Part shown: positions 11,034-22,341 of the stretch, piece after piece | Position numbering within the stretch: the stretch's first letter is position 1 | Layout: every line of letters begins with the position of its first letter | From: Rebecca billardiae RCC1528 | Taxonomy: Eukaryota; Protista; Haptophyta | Direction: 5' to 3' | Assembly: GCA_965240325.2 (NCBI GenBank) | Contig: OZ251231.1 | Location: 2,542,001 to 2,606,000, forward strand | DNA: 64,000 nucleotides | Position numbers and translations under genes: made by a program | The notes under the pieces: model-generated | Told to the model about the DNA's origin: nothing | Databases searched by the model: none | The model's input: only the letters and a program-made list of their open reading frames with translations

Positions 11034-12276
11034 TCAGTCGCGCCACTTGGTGCAGAGGGCGCCGATCGCAGTCAGGGCGACCGCACGCGCCCAGAGCGGC
11101 ACGCCTGCGCCCGCGGCGATCCCGAGCAGATGGCGCAGCCCCATCGCGCCGTAGTAGAAGGCGAGCAGCGTGCCGAGCAGCCCCAGGTAGCACGCGTACT
11201 GCGTCGGCACTGGCAACGTCCTGCCGCGGGGGGCGCGGCACGCGGGCGGGTCGGCGCGCGCGCGCGTGCCCGCAGCTGAGTGCGCCTCGCTCGCGCGCTC
11301 CGCGCGGCTCAGCGCGGCGCAGCGCCGTGGCGCACCAGTCGAGGAAGAAGTATGGCTGCCACGCGCGCGCGCGCGCCGCGGGCGGGAGGGCGGGCGAGGG
11401 CGGGTGAGCCGGCGCCCCGCGTGGCGCGGCGCGCGCGCTCGGTGCGTGTGCGTGCGCGCACGGCCGCACGGCCGCACGGCCGCACGGCCGCACACGCACA
11501 AAGTTGCCGCCATTGCCCTTCCACTTGCCCACGCTGCCCGGCGCCGGCTGCTTGGCGAGCCGAGCGAGCTCGGGCGCGTGCGCCCAGGAGAAGCCGATGA
11601 AGGCGACCCCCCAGAGCATGCCGATCGCGGCGTGCTCGTACGAGAGCGGCAGCGCGCCGACGAGCAGCTCGGCCAGAATCTCGAAGAGGTTCATGTTGTG
11701 CATCGTCAGGTTCCACGGCTCGTGCAGGTCGTGCGGCGCGCGCTTGCGCACGAGCTCGGGCCAGATCACGTACGCGGTGACGACGCTGACGACGCAGCCG
11801 CAGCCCGCGGTCATCTCGAAGAGGTAGTGCGCCAGCCGCACCACCCCCGCGCCCGCCAGCCCGGGCCTGCCGAACGCCAGCGCCGCCGAGCAGAGCGCGC
11901 CGAGCGCGAAGAAGAGCCCCTGCGCCGAGTACGTCCAGATCGTGAAGAACGTGTACATGCGCTTTGCGCCGTGGAGGGAGAGCGTCTCGTCCTGCAGCAG
12001 CGAGCCCATGCCGCGGTTGTACTTGACGTTGAACTCGAAGGTGGGCAGGTTGTACATGTACGCCAGCATGCCCAGGTGGATGAGCGCAAAGCACGCGCGC
12101 AGGCCGAGCATCGTCACCGCCGACACCTCCGGCACGCTCGAGCCGCCGGCCTGCTCGAGCGTGAGCGGGATGGAGCGGTCGATCGCGAGGCACCACAGCG
12201 CGACGAGCACGAACACCACCGCGAGCGCCACGCACGCGAGCGGCGGCGCCGTCTGCGCCTGCGAGCGCGTCGCCAT
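11034..12276 (-). CDS. Multi-pass membrane protein, FAR-17a/AIG1/rolling-stone-like; exons 12276-11500, 11355-11336, 11220-11034
   Basis: Several hydrophobic helices; FFTIW and MHNMN motifs; PYFFLDW restored by splicing two GT-AG introns (144 and 115 nt) around a 20-nt micro-exon. Confidence 0.75.
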
Positions 12277-12630
12277 CGGGCCAGCGAAGTTTCCGGAAAA
12301 GTCGCCCGCCGACCAGCGCGACCTGCTGCTCGTGGCGACGGCGGACGCGGCGCTCTCCGCGCTGCGCTCGGCCGAGCTCGGCGAGTCGCTCGCGCTCGGC
12401 CGGGCGGGCGGCGCGCACGACTGGAGAAATCGGCACCACACGTCTGGGCCCAGCGGCAGTGGCAGCTACCGGACCGGCCCTCCCAGCCGGAATATGCCTT
12501 GTCACTGGCCACCCGAGCGACCACAGCCACTGGCTTGCTCACTGGTCGCTCGGCTTACTGGTCGCCCGCGCTCGCCGGCGGGCGCGCGTCGTTCGAGTGG
12601 CGCTTCCCCTCCGAGCGTCGAGGCGAGGCG

Positions 12631-15553
12631 ATGGCGACGCGCGCGTCGGCTCGGGTGGAGGCGCGCGCCGCGCAGGCGGCGGACGAGTCCGACACCGCGA
12701 GCTCGGCCTCCTCGGCCGACGAGCACGAGGGCGCGGGCGCGCGCGGACGCGCGCGCGGGCCGCCGCGCTCGAGCGCGCGGCGGCGCAGCGGCGCGCGAGA
12801 GGCGGGCTCGGCGGGCGGCGCGGCGGCGGAGGAGAGCCCGGCGCGCGCGCAGCCGCCCGCCAAGCGCGCGCGCGGCGCCGATCCCGCGCCCGCGCCGCCT
12901 GAGCCGGCCGAGCCCGGCGCGGAGCGCTGGGGCATTCGGCCGGGCGTGGCGGTCGAGGTGCGCATGAGCGACGAGGGGTGGGAGGGCAGCTGGTACGCGG
13001 CGACGGTGCTCGGCTCGCGCGGCGCGCGCGTGCGCATCAAGTGGGATGCCGCCAGCCACCCCGACGACGAGGAGGAGGCGATGGTCGACGCGCCCGCGCT
13101 GCGGCCCGTGCAGCCGAGCGCGCCCGCAGACTTTGCGCGAGCGCTCGCGCCCGGCGCGCGCGTCGAGCTGCGGCACGACGAGGGCTGGTGGGAGGTGGAC
13201 GTGCTGAGCGCGGGGCGGCGCAGCTACACCGTCAGCTCCGAGCTGTACGGCGTGACGCACGAGCACGTCGACCCGCGCCGGCTGCGCCCGCGCTGGGTGT
13301 GGGAGCCGCAAGGCGGGCACGCGCGCGAGGGCTGCTGGCGCGACGCGTCCGAGCCGGCCAACAAGTACAAGCGCGACGGCACCGAGCTCGGCCCGCCGCC
13401 GCCGCCGCCGGGCGCGGCGGGCGCGGCGGGCGCGCAGCAGGGGCTGCCGCACGCCGCGTCCGCGGGCGCCGCCACGCGCCGCGCGAGCGCGCCGCCCGCG
13501 CCCTCGGCGGCGGGCGGCGCGCAGCTCGGCGCCGCGCGCGCCGCGCTCGAGAGTGCGCACGCGGCGCTGGCTGCATACCGCCCGCCGTCGGCGCGCGCGA
13601 ACGCGTTCCAGGAGGGCACGCTGCGCACGGGCGAGGACGGCGCGAGCTGGGAGGTCGCCATCGCGGACAACGGCTCGAGCGTCTGGGCCCTCGAGGGCGA
13701 CGTGCCGCGCTTCCTCGCGCTGCACAACGCGCTGCACGCCAAGAGCGCGGCGGTGCGCAGGCTCGAGCGCGCGCTGCCGAGCGCTGGCGCGGGCGGCGGC
13801 GGCGGGGGCGGCGGGGGGCGCGGGGAGCGGAGCGCGGCGGCGGCGGAGGCGGAGGCCGCCGCCGAGGCCGCCGACGCCGAGCAGCGCTACGCCGACGCCC
13901 TCGCCGCGTGGCGCTCCGAGCTGGAGGGCCGCGTGGAGAGCGAGCTGCGCGCGCTGTGCGAGCAGGCGCGCGCGCGCTCGGGCGCGGAGCGCCGCCGTCT
14001 CAACGACGAGCTCGAGACGTCGGCGGCGTGGGAGTTCGAGTACGTCGGCGTGCGCCGCGCGCCGACGGACCTCGACGCGCCGACCTCGCGCGCCGAGCAG
14101 TACGAGGCCGTGCTCGACGACGGCACCTCCGCCGGGCTCGCGCCGACCGCGCGCGACGCCGCGCTCCGCCGCCACTTCCACGCGGCCGCGCACGCCGCCG
14201 CGCGCGCCGCGCTGCCGCAGCCCGACCGCGAGGGCGTGGAGGCGCGGCACGCGGAGCGGGAGGGGCCGGCCCGCCGCGCGGCGCGCAAGTACGCGTACGA
14301 CGACGACGACGACGACGACGACGACTACTCGGAGAACATGTGGACCAAGCGGAAGGGCGGCGGCGGCTCGGGCGTGCGCACGCGCCGGTGCAACGCTTGC
14401 GCGGGCTGCACGCGCGACAACTGCGGCAAGTGCGCGCACTGCCTCAACATGGTGCAGTACGGCGGCAGCGGCCGGTCGAAGCAGGCGTGCAAGCTGCGCA
14501 AGTGCCAGAACCCCTTCCTCCCCGACGACGCCGACGCCGCCGCCGCCGCCGCCAAGGCTCGGCGCGCGGGCGCGGGCGAGGAGGAGGAGGCACCAGACCG
14601 CTGGGGGCTCGGCCTCTCAGCGTATGGCCTCCCGGACTGCGAGATCCCGCAGCGTCCGGTGCGCGTGCGGCTGCTGGTGCGCGACCCGGAGGGCGGCGTG
14701 CTCGTCGAGGCGCCCGCGCCCGAGGGCTGGAGGCCCGGCGGCGGCGGCCGGCTCGACGCGCCCGCCGCCGAGGGCGGCGCGTCGGGCGCGCCGCGCGCGG
14801 CCGCGCCGCTCGGCGACGCGGACGCCGAGGCGGCCGCGCCGATGGAGCTGGCCGACGAGCCGCCCGCCGAGGCGGCGGCGGTGCTGAAGGCGGAGCCGCC
14901 CGCCGACGCGCCCTCGCCGATGGAGACGGAGCCGCCCGCCGACGCGCCCTCGCCGATGGAGTCGGAGCCGCCCGCCGGCGCGCCGCCAGCGCGCGCGGCC
15001 GAGCCGGCGGCCGCGCCAGAGGGCGGCGCGCGGACCGCGGCGCACGAGGCCGCGCCCCCGCCCGCCGCCGCCGCGGCGGCGCCCGCGCAGCCGCCCGCCG
15101 CCGCGGCGCGCGCGCCGGCGGACGCGGACGCGCCCGCGCGCCGCGCCGCGGCCGAGCCGAGCGCTGCGGAGGGCGCGCCCTCGCTGGAGGCCACAGCCGG
15201 GGCCGCGGCGGCCGGGGCCGCAGCGGGTGCAGAGCTGGCGGAGGTGACACCGGAGGTGACGCCGCCGCTCGCGCAGCGCCCCGCCGCGCCGATGCGCACG
15301 CCGAGCGCGCCCACCGCCGCCTCCGCCGCCGAGCCGCCCGCCGCCGAGCCGCCCGCCGCGGCGACGGCTCTTGCGCCCGGCGCCGCCGCGCCGCCGGCGT
15401 CGGCGCGCGCCGCGCCGCCCGCCGCGGCCGACAAGGGCGAGGGCGAGGGCGAGGGCGCTCCGCTCGCGGCGCTCGCGCCCACGCCCGCGCCGCGCCGCTC
15501 CGCGCGCGCCGCCGCCGCCAGTGCCGCCGCCGCCTCGCCGCCCGCCGCGGACG

Positions 15554-15603
<50 letters not shown>

Positions 15604-16486
15604 GCGCCCGCGCCGCCGCTCCCCGCGTGGGCGCCGCGCACGCTGGACGGAGTGGAGGTGCGCATGAGCGGCGAGGGCCAGCACGGCTCGTGGTACGCGG
15701 CCACGGTGCTGCACGTGCGCGGCGGCCGCGCGCGCGTGCGCTACGCCGAGCTGCGCGAGGAGTACGACGCGAAGCGGCTGCAGGAGGCGTGGGTGGACGT
15801 GGCCGAGCTAAGGCCCACGCCGCCGAGCGCGCCGCCCGGCTGGGTGCGCGAGCTCCGCGTCGGCGCGCCGCTCGAGCTGCGCGTGCTCGACGGCTGGTGG
15901 GAGGTCGACCTGGTGCGCACCGCGCGCACGCGCGCGGGCCGCGGCCCGAGCTACACGCTCGTCGCGCCGCTGTACGGCATCGTGCACGCGGACGTGCCGG
16001 CGGCGCGGCTGCGGCCCGCGTGGCTCTTTGAGCCTGCGCGCCCGCCGTGGGGCGCGCTCTGGACGCTCGCCTCCTCCGGCCAGCGGTACACGTGGCGCGG
16101 GGACGAGCTGCCGCGCGCGGAGCCGCTGAGCGGGCCCGCGGCGCGCGGCCGCGCGCCGAGCGCCGGCCCGAGCGGCTCGCGCCCCGCCGACGCCTCGGGC
16201 TCGGAGGGCGGCGGCAGCGGCAGCTCGTCGGAGGACGAGGGCATGGCCGTGCTGCGAGCGCTCGCGGGCGCGCGCGCGCGCGGCGGCGCGCACGACGCCG
16301 GCGCCGAGGCGGACGGCGAGGAGGAGGCGGGGGACGCGGAGGCGGACGCGTGCGCCGTGTGCGCCGCGCGCCGGGCCAAGAAGCGCGGCCGGTGCGCGCG
16401 CCACCGCGCCGCGACGACCATCACGCTCGGCGGCGCGCGCCGCGGCGAGGGCGGCGCGTCAGAGGCGGGGCGCTCCGCCGGCCGCT

Positions 16487-16535
<49 letters not shown>

Positions 16536-17751
16536 GGCGGAGCGCGTCGCGGCGGAGCGCGCGGCGCGTCGGCGCGCGCGGCTGCTGCAGCTGCCGCCCA
16601 CCTGCGTGCTCGACCGCGTCGTCACCCCGCGCGACTTCCTGTACGACCAGGTGGTCGAGTCGGCGCGCTCCTCCACGGGCTACCGCGGCGTGTACGGCCA
16701 CCTGTCCGAGGACGGCCGCTCCGTCAAGTACTACGAGGCGCAGGTGAGCGTGCGCGGCGCGTCGCTCGCGGTCGGGCGCGCGCAGAGCGCGCACGAGGCC
16801 GCGCTGCTGCGCGCCGAGTGGATCGCCGGGCTCGAGACCGTCGGCGGGCTGCCGCGCGTCGGCGGCAAGGCGGAGCGCGACGCCCTCACCGAGCAGCCCG
16901 CGCGCGCGTCCAAGCGCGAGCGCAAGGCCACGCGCGCGCCCGCCTCGCCCTCCTCCTCCGAGGCGTCGTCGTCCGAGTCGGAGGTGGAGCTGCAGATCGG
17001 CGACCTCGTCGAGGTGCGCGTGCAGGACGAGGGCTTCGAGGGCAGCTGGTACGGCGCCACCATCGCGCGGCTCGACGGGCTGCGCGCGCTCGTGCGGTAC
17101 ACACACCTGATGGAGGCGGACGGATCGGAGGTGCCGCTCGAGGAGTGGATCGTGCTGCCGCACCTGAGGCCGCCGCCGCCGAAGCGCCACCCGCCGGGCT
17201 TCCCCGAGAGCGTCGCGCCGCGCGAGGCGCTCGAGCTCTGGCACGACGACGGCTGGTGGGCGGTGCAGAAGGTCGAGGAGCCCGCGGACGAGCTGGCGGC
17301 GGGCGCGGCGCGCGCCGCGGCCGCGGCCGCGCCCGCCGCCGACGCGGCGGCGCCCGCCGACGCCGACGTGCCCCGCTACCTGGTGCGCGCGCTCAACTTC
17401 AAGGCAGAGCACCGCGCGCGCGCGGACGAGCTGCGCCCGATGTGGCAGTGGCTCGGCGGGCACGAGTGGAAGGTGCTGCGCCACCAGCCCAGGCGCAAGT
17501 CGATGCTGCTCGGCGGCACCGCGCTCGCGCGCGCCGCCGAGAGCGTGTACGGAGCGGCGGGCGCGCGCGACTCGATCGGCGCGGGCGGCAAGGTCGCGCT
17601 GGCCGCGGTCGAGGCGCTCGGCACGCCCGCCGCGTGGGAGGTCGGCGCGTTCGCCGAGGTGGCCTTCGAGGTGGTCACGTTCCTCTGCCGCCGCCGCGAG
17701 CTGTGCGCCGCGCTGCGCGCGCGCCGCGCGCACCGCCTCGCCAACGCCGCC

Positions 17752-17782
<31 letters not shown>

Positions 17783-20102
17783 ACGCCGCGCCCGCGGCGG
17801 ACGCGGCGGCACCCGCGGCCGCGGCCGCGCCCGCGGCCGCCGAGGCCGAGGCGAAGGACGTGGGCGCCGCGAGCGCGAGCGCGGCGAGCGAGCTCGCCGT
17901 GCCCTTCCAGCCGATCGCGCTGCCGCCCGCGCTGCCGCCCGCGCGCGGGCTCGTCTGCTTCGACGCGGGCGGCGCGTCCTCGCGCGGAGGCGGCAAGGCG
18001 GCCGCGGCCGCGGCCGCCGCCGCGACGGTCGCCGCGGCGGCGGCCGCGCTCGCGCACGCGCCGCCGCCGAGCGCCGAGCCGCCGGCGGCCCCGCCGCCGC
18101 CGCCGCCCCACGCCGCGCCGCCGCCGCCCCACCAGATCAACCTCGTCGTGCCCGCGGGCAAGGGCCCGGGCGACGTGCTGGCGGTGAGCACGCCCGCGGG
18201 CGGGATGGTGCACGTGCGGCTGCCGGCGGGCGTGGCCGCGGGCCAGCTGTGCCGCTTCGATCTGCCCGTGCAGCGGCCGCACGGCGGGTGGCAGCCGGCG
18301 GCTGCGGCGCAGCACGCGCCGCCGCCGCAGCACGCGCCGCAGCACGCGGGGCACGCGTGCGCGCAGCCGCAGCTGCGCGCGCAGCACGCGCCGGGCGCGG
18401 GCGCGCAGCAGCACGCGCCGCCCGTGCACACGGCGCCGCACGGCGCGTGGCCGCCGATGGCGCCGCCCTACTCGCAGCCGCCGCCGCAGCAGATGATGGC
18501 GCACGGGCAGATGGTGCCGACGCAGGCGCAGCCCATGCAGCCCATGCAGCCCATGCAGCCCATGCAGCCCATGCAGCCCATGCAGCCCATGCAGCCCATG
18601 CAGCTGCCGCCGCCGCCGGGCGGCGGCGCCGTCGTCGCGCCGGGCGCGCCTGGCCGGGGCGGCGGCGCGCCCCCGCCCTACCACCCGCCGCCGCCGTCCA
18701 GCGGCGACGGCGGCGGCATGGCGGTCGGCGACGGGCTCGCTCGGCCGGGCGCGCCGCTCGGCCCGTCGCAGCACGCGCCGCCGCCCGCGCCCGCGGCAGG
18801 CGCGGCGGCCGCGCCGCCCGCGCCGCCGCCCGCCGCGCCCGCGCCCGCAACCGACGCCTACCCAAACCCCGCGAGCGCCGAGTTGCGCCACGGCGCGCTC
18901 GTGCGCGCGCTCGCCGAGCTCGGCCCGCACGAGGCGGTGCGGCTCGCCGTCTCCAGCCCGATGCCGCAGCCGGGCCACGGCAGCGGCGGCAAGTGGGCGC
19001 GCGGCGCCGAGCTGGTCGTGGCCAAGAACCACTTCAGCGTGCTCACCAACCTGACGGAGGGCGGGCCGTACGGCACGGCGACGCTGCTGGTCGAGCACGC
19101 GGGCACGCGCGCGCTGCACGTGCTGCGGCTGGCGCAGGGCGTGCCCGTCGGGCTGGGCTTCGCGATGGCGGCGCACGCCGCGGCGCGGCTGCGCGCCCTC
19201 GCGCCCGAGCTCGGCGCGGAGTGCGCCGAGCACGGCGCGGTGCGCGTGCCCTCGCGCCTCGTCTGCTTCCACAACGGGTACGGCTCGCTCGCACCGTACA
19301 GGCAGTGCGTCACGCTGGCCGAGCTGAACGCCGCCTTCTCCGAGTCGCACCGCCGCGTGGACGAGGTGCTCACGATGGCGTACACCGTCGAGCTCCTCCG
19401 CCTCGTCGAGCAGCTGCACCGCGCGGGCGTGGTGCACGGCCAGCTCGCGGCCGAGCACGTGCTGCTCACGATGGCGGAGGGCGCGGACGAGGAGGGCGCG
19501 GAGGGCGAGGCGGAGGGGCGGGCGCCGCACCGCGCGGCGGCGGCGGCGAGCGTGGAGCCGCCGCCCGTGAAGCGGCGCGGCCCGGGCCGGCCCAAGAACA
19601 GCGAGCTCGCCGTCGAGCTCGCCGCGAAGGCGGCGGCCGCGGCCGAGCGCGCGGAGGCCGCGCCAGCCCCGGAGCCGGGCTCCTACAAGCCGCGCGTGCG
19701 CCTGCAGCTGATCGGCACGTCCAAGGCCCTCGACCTCAAGCAGCACCCACACGTGTGCGCAACAGCCGCGCACCGCGCGCACCGCGCGCACCGCACGCAC
19801 CGCACGCGCGGCTCTGAGCGCGCGCCGCCCTGCCCCGCGCGCGCGCGCCGCGCTTGCTTCGCCTCGTTGCGCGCGCTGTGCGCCGCAGGGCGTGCTCTTC
19901 AAGCTGCCGCCCGTGCACCCGAAGGAGGCGCGGTGCGTGGAGCAGCTGGACGGCAGCCCGTGGTCGTGGCACGTGGACACGTTCGGGCTGTGCTCGGTCG
20001 TGCACATGCTGCTGTTCAACGAGCCGCTCAACCTCGAGCTGGTGAGACGCGCGGCAGCGCACCCGTGTGTGCGCGCGCGCGTGTGCGTGTGCGTGTGTGC
20101 GC

Positions 20103-20133
<31 letters not shown>

Positions 20134-21645
20134 TGTGCGTGTGCGTGTGCGTGCGTGTGCGTGCGCGTGCGTGCGCGTGTGTGTGTGTGTGTGTGCGTGT
20201 GCGTGTGCATGCGTGCGTGTGCGTGTGTGTGCGTGTGCGTGCGTGTGCGTGCGCGTGTGTGCGCGCGCAGGCGGGGGCCGGGGCGCGCGTCTCGGGGACG
20301 CCAGTGCGCGCTTGTGACAGCGCGCGTGCCTCTGACGCCCGCACGCGCCCACGCGCGGCGCGCGCTCGCGCCCGGCTGCGCGCCAGGCGATGGCCGACCT
20401 GAAGAAGGTGCACGCCGAGAAGGAGAAGGAGCAGCGGCTGCAGCGCAAGGCTGCCAAGCTCGCGGCGGCGGGCGGCAGCGGCGCGGCCGCGCCCGCCGCC
20501 GCGCCCGCCGCCGCCGCGGCGGACGGCGGCGCGCAGCCGGCCGCGCCTGCCGCCGCCCCGTCCGAGCCCGCGCCCGCTGCCGAGTCCGAGCAGCCCGCCC
20601 TCTCCGCGTACGAGCAGGCGCGCCGGGAGACGATGGAGCGCAACCGCCAGATGATGGAGCAGCTGGGGCTGCTCAAGGTGCGGAGTGCGCACGCGCCGCG
20701 CTGCCCGGCACGCAGCGGCAAGCGAGCGCACGGCGGGCGGGCCGGCGCCGAGGGCCGGCGGCCGAGGGCCTTCGCCGCTCACGCCAGCGCGCGCGCCCCT
20801 CCCCCGCCCCGTCCCTGCGCCCCCGCCGCCCCGCGCGCGCAGGCGGCCAAGGAGGTGAAGGAGAACGGCGGCGCGGAGCACGCGCCCGCGCAGCGCAAGC
20901 GCGGCCGTCCGCGCAAGAGCGACGCGCCGCGCGACGAGGAGGAGGAGCTGGACGAGGGCGCGGAGGAGCGGCGCAAGAAGCGGCTGCTGCAGCGCTCCTC
21001 TGTGGGCGAGGACGGCATCTGGCGGCCGCACTTGCCGCTCAAGCGGTGCGCACCGGCCCCGCGCGCTGCGGCCTCGCGCGCGCGCGAGTGGCTGTGGCTG
21101 TGGCTGGGTTGGGACGCCGGCCAGCTGAGCGCGAGGCGCGCGGCCGCCCTCCTCGCGCCCCGCCCCGCCCGCCGTGACCGAGCAGGTACTGGCAGGTCGA
21201 GCTGTGGCAGTCGCTCTTCTCGCGGCTGATCCACGTGCCGCCCGGGCAGCCGTGCCCCGCGCTCGCGCAGATCCGAGCCGAGTTCGAGGCGCACCTGGCC
21301 GCGCCCGCGCAGCAGGCAGAGCTGCGCTCCGCGCTCGCGCGGCAGCGCTCGGTGATCGACTCGCGCGCGGAGCGCTCGCAGCGGCTGCTGCTCAACCGCA
21401 AGATCCACGTCGACGCGCTGCGCAAGGCGCTCGCCGCCGTCGCGGCCGACATCGTGCCCAACCCGGTCGAGCAGCCGGCCGCAGAGCCCGAGCTGCGCGT
21501 GCCGGTGGGCGTGGTGCAGGAGGCGCTCGTCGAGATCTTTGGCGAGTGCGCGGAGGCCGAGCTGGTGGGCGCGCTCAACAAGGCGGTGCACACGGGCAAG
21601 CTGAGCGTCGCGGGCGGCGACTTCCAGCCCGCGCTGCTCCAGTGA
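12631..21645 (+). CDS. Multidomain chromatin protein: 3 tandem Agenet/Tudor pairs, CXXC zinc finger, AP2-like domain, AT-hook-like motifs, Bub1-like pseudokinase; exons 12631-19752, 19889-20041, 20387-20677, 20843-21045, 21186-21645
   Basis: VEVRxxxEGxxGSWY / DxGWW Agenet motifs at about 12950, 15650 and 17010. CXXC: [20 protein letters not shown]...KQACKLRKC (14380-14511). AP2-like: SSTGYRGV...YEAQ...AHEAA (16669-16824). Kinase C-lobe: [20 protein letters not shown] and [10 protein letters not shown]. Four GT-AG introns with consistent phases. Confidence 0.8.
18529..18603 (+). repeat. Coding 9-bp minisatellite (CAGCCCATG)x8 encoding (QPM)n
   Basis: Seen directly within the large chromatin gene. 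Confidence 0.9.
20060..20268. repeat. Intronic (GT/GC)n alternating purine-pyrimidine tract
   Basis: About 200 bp of GTGTGC/GCGC repeats inside intron 20042-20386. Confidence 0.9.
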
Positions 21646-21996
21646 CGCCGCGCGCGCGCTCGCCACTGCTACACGTGCAGTGGAAGCGCTGACGGCTGAG
21701 CATGACGGAATGGGGTACGGTCGATGCTATTGCTAAGTCGTGCCAGTACGTTCGCGGACGCGGGCGCTACTGAGTGCGCGGCTGATGCGGTCGCGTCATC
21801 ATATACATATATATCTGAGCGCATGGATTCCGCCCGCCGCCCGATGTGATATCGACGCTCACCAATATGTAGCAGCAGCAGCCTGCTGCGCTGACGATCG
21901 TCGTCATCAAGTATCGTCGACGATAGATACATATCATCGCGAAGCGACGACGACATCATGCCGTCGTCAGTCAGCCGAGACCGCGCCCGCCGCTTC

Positions 21997-22251
21997 TTAC
22001 TGCTGCTTGCAGTCCGCCGCAGGCGCCGCGGTGGTCGGAGGCAGCGCCACTGGCTTGGCTTTGGGCGCCGCACCTGCGCCTGTCGCGTGACGCAGCGCCG
22101 TACAGTGCGGGGCAGCGCAGGTCAGATGCATGGGCGTGCGCAGCCCTGCGGCCGCGCGCAGCCATGCACTCTGCGCGGGGTGGGCGCGCGCGCTCTGGTT
22201 GCAGCAGGCGCACACGCACCTGGCTTTCCTCTCGCCTTCCCGCGCGGCGGG

Positions 22252-22341
<90 letters not shown>

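Noticed and set aside
11266-12630. 5' part of the 3303-aa ORF
   Set aside because: Antisense to the membrane-protein gene; the credible start is ATG 12631, and the ORF's 3' end reads through introns.
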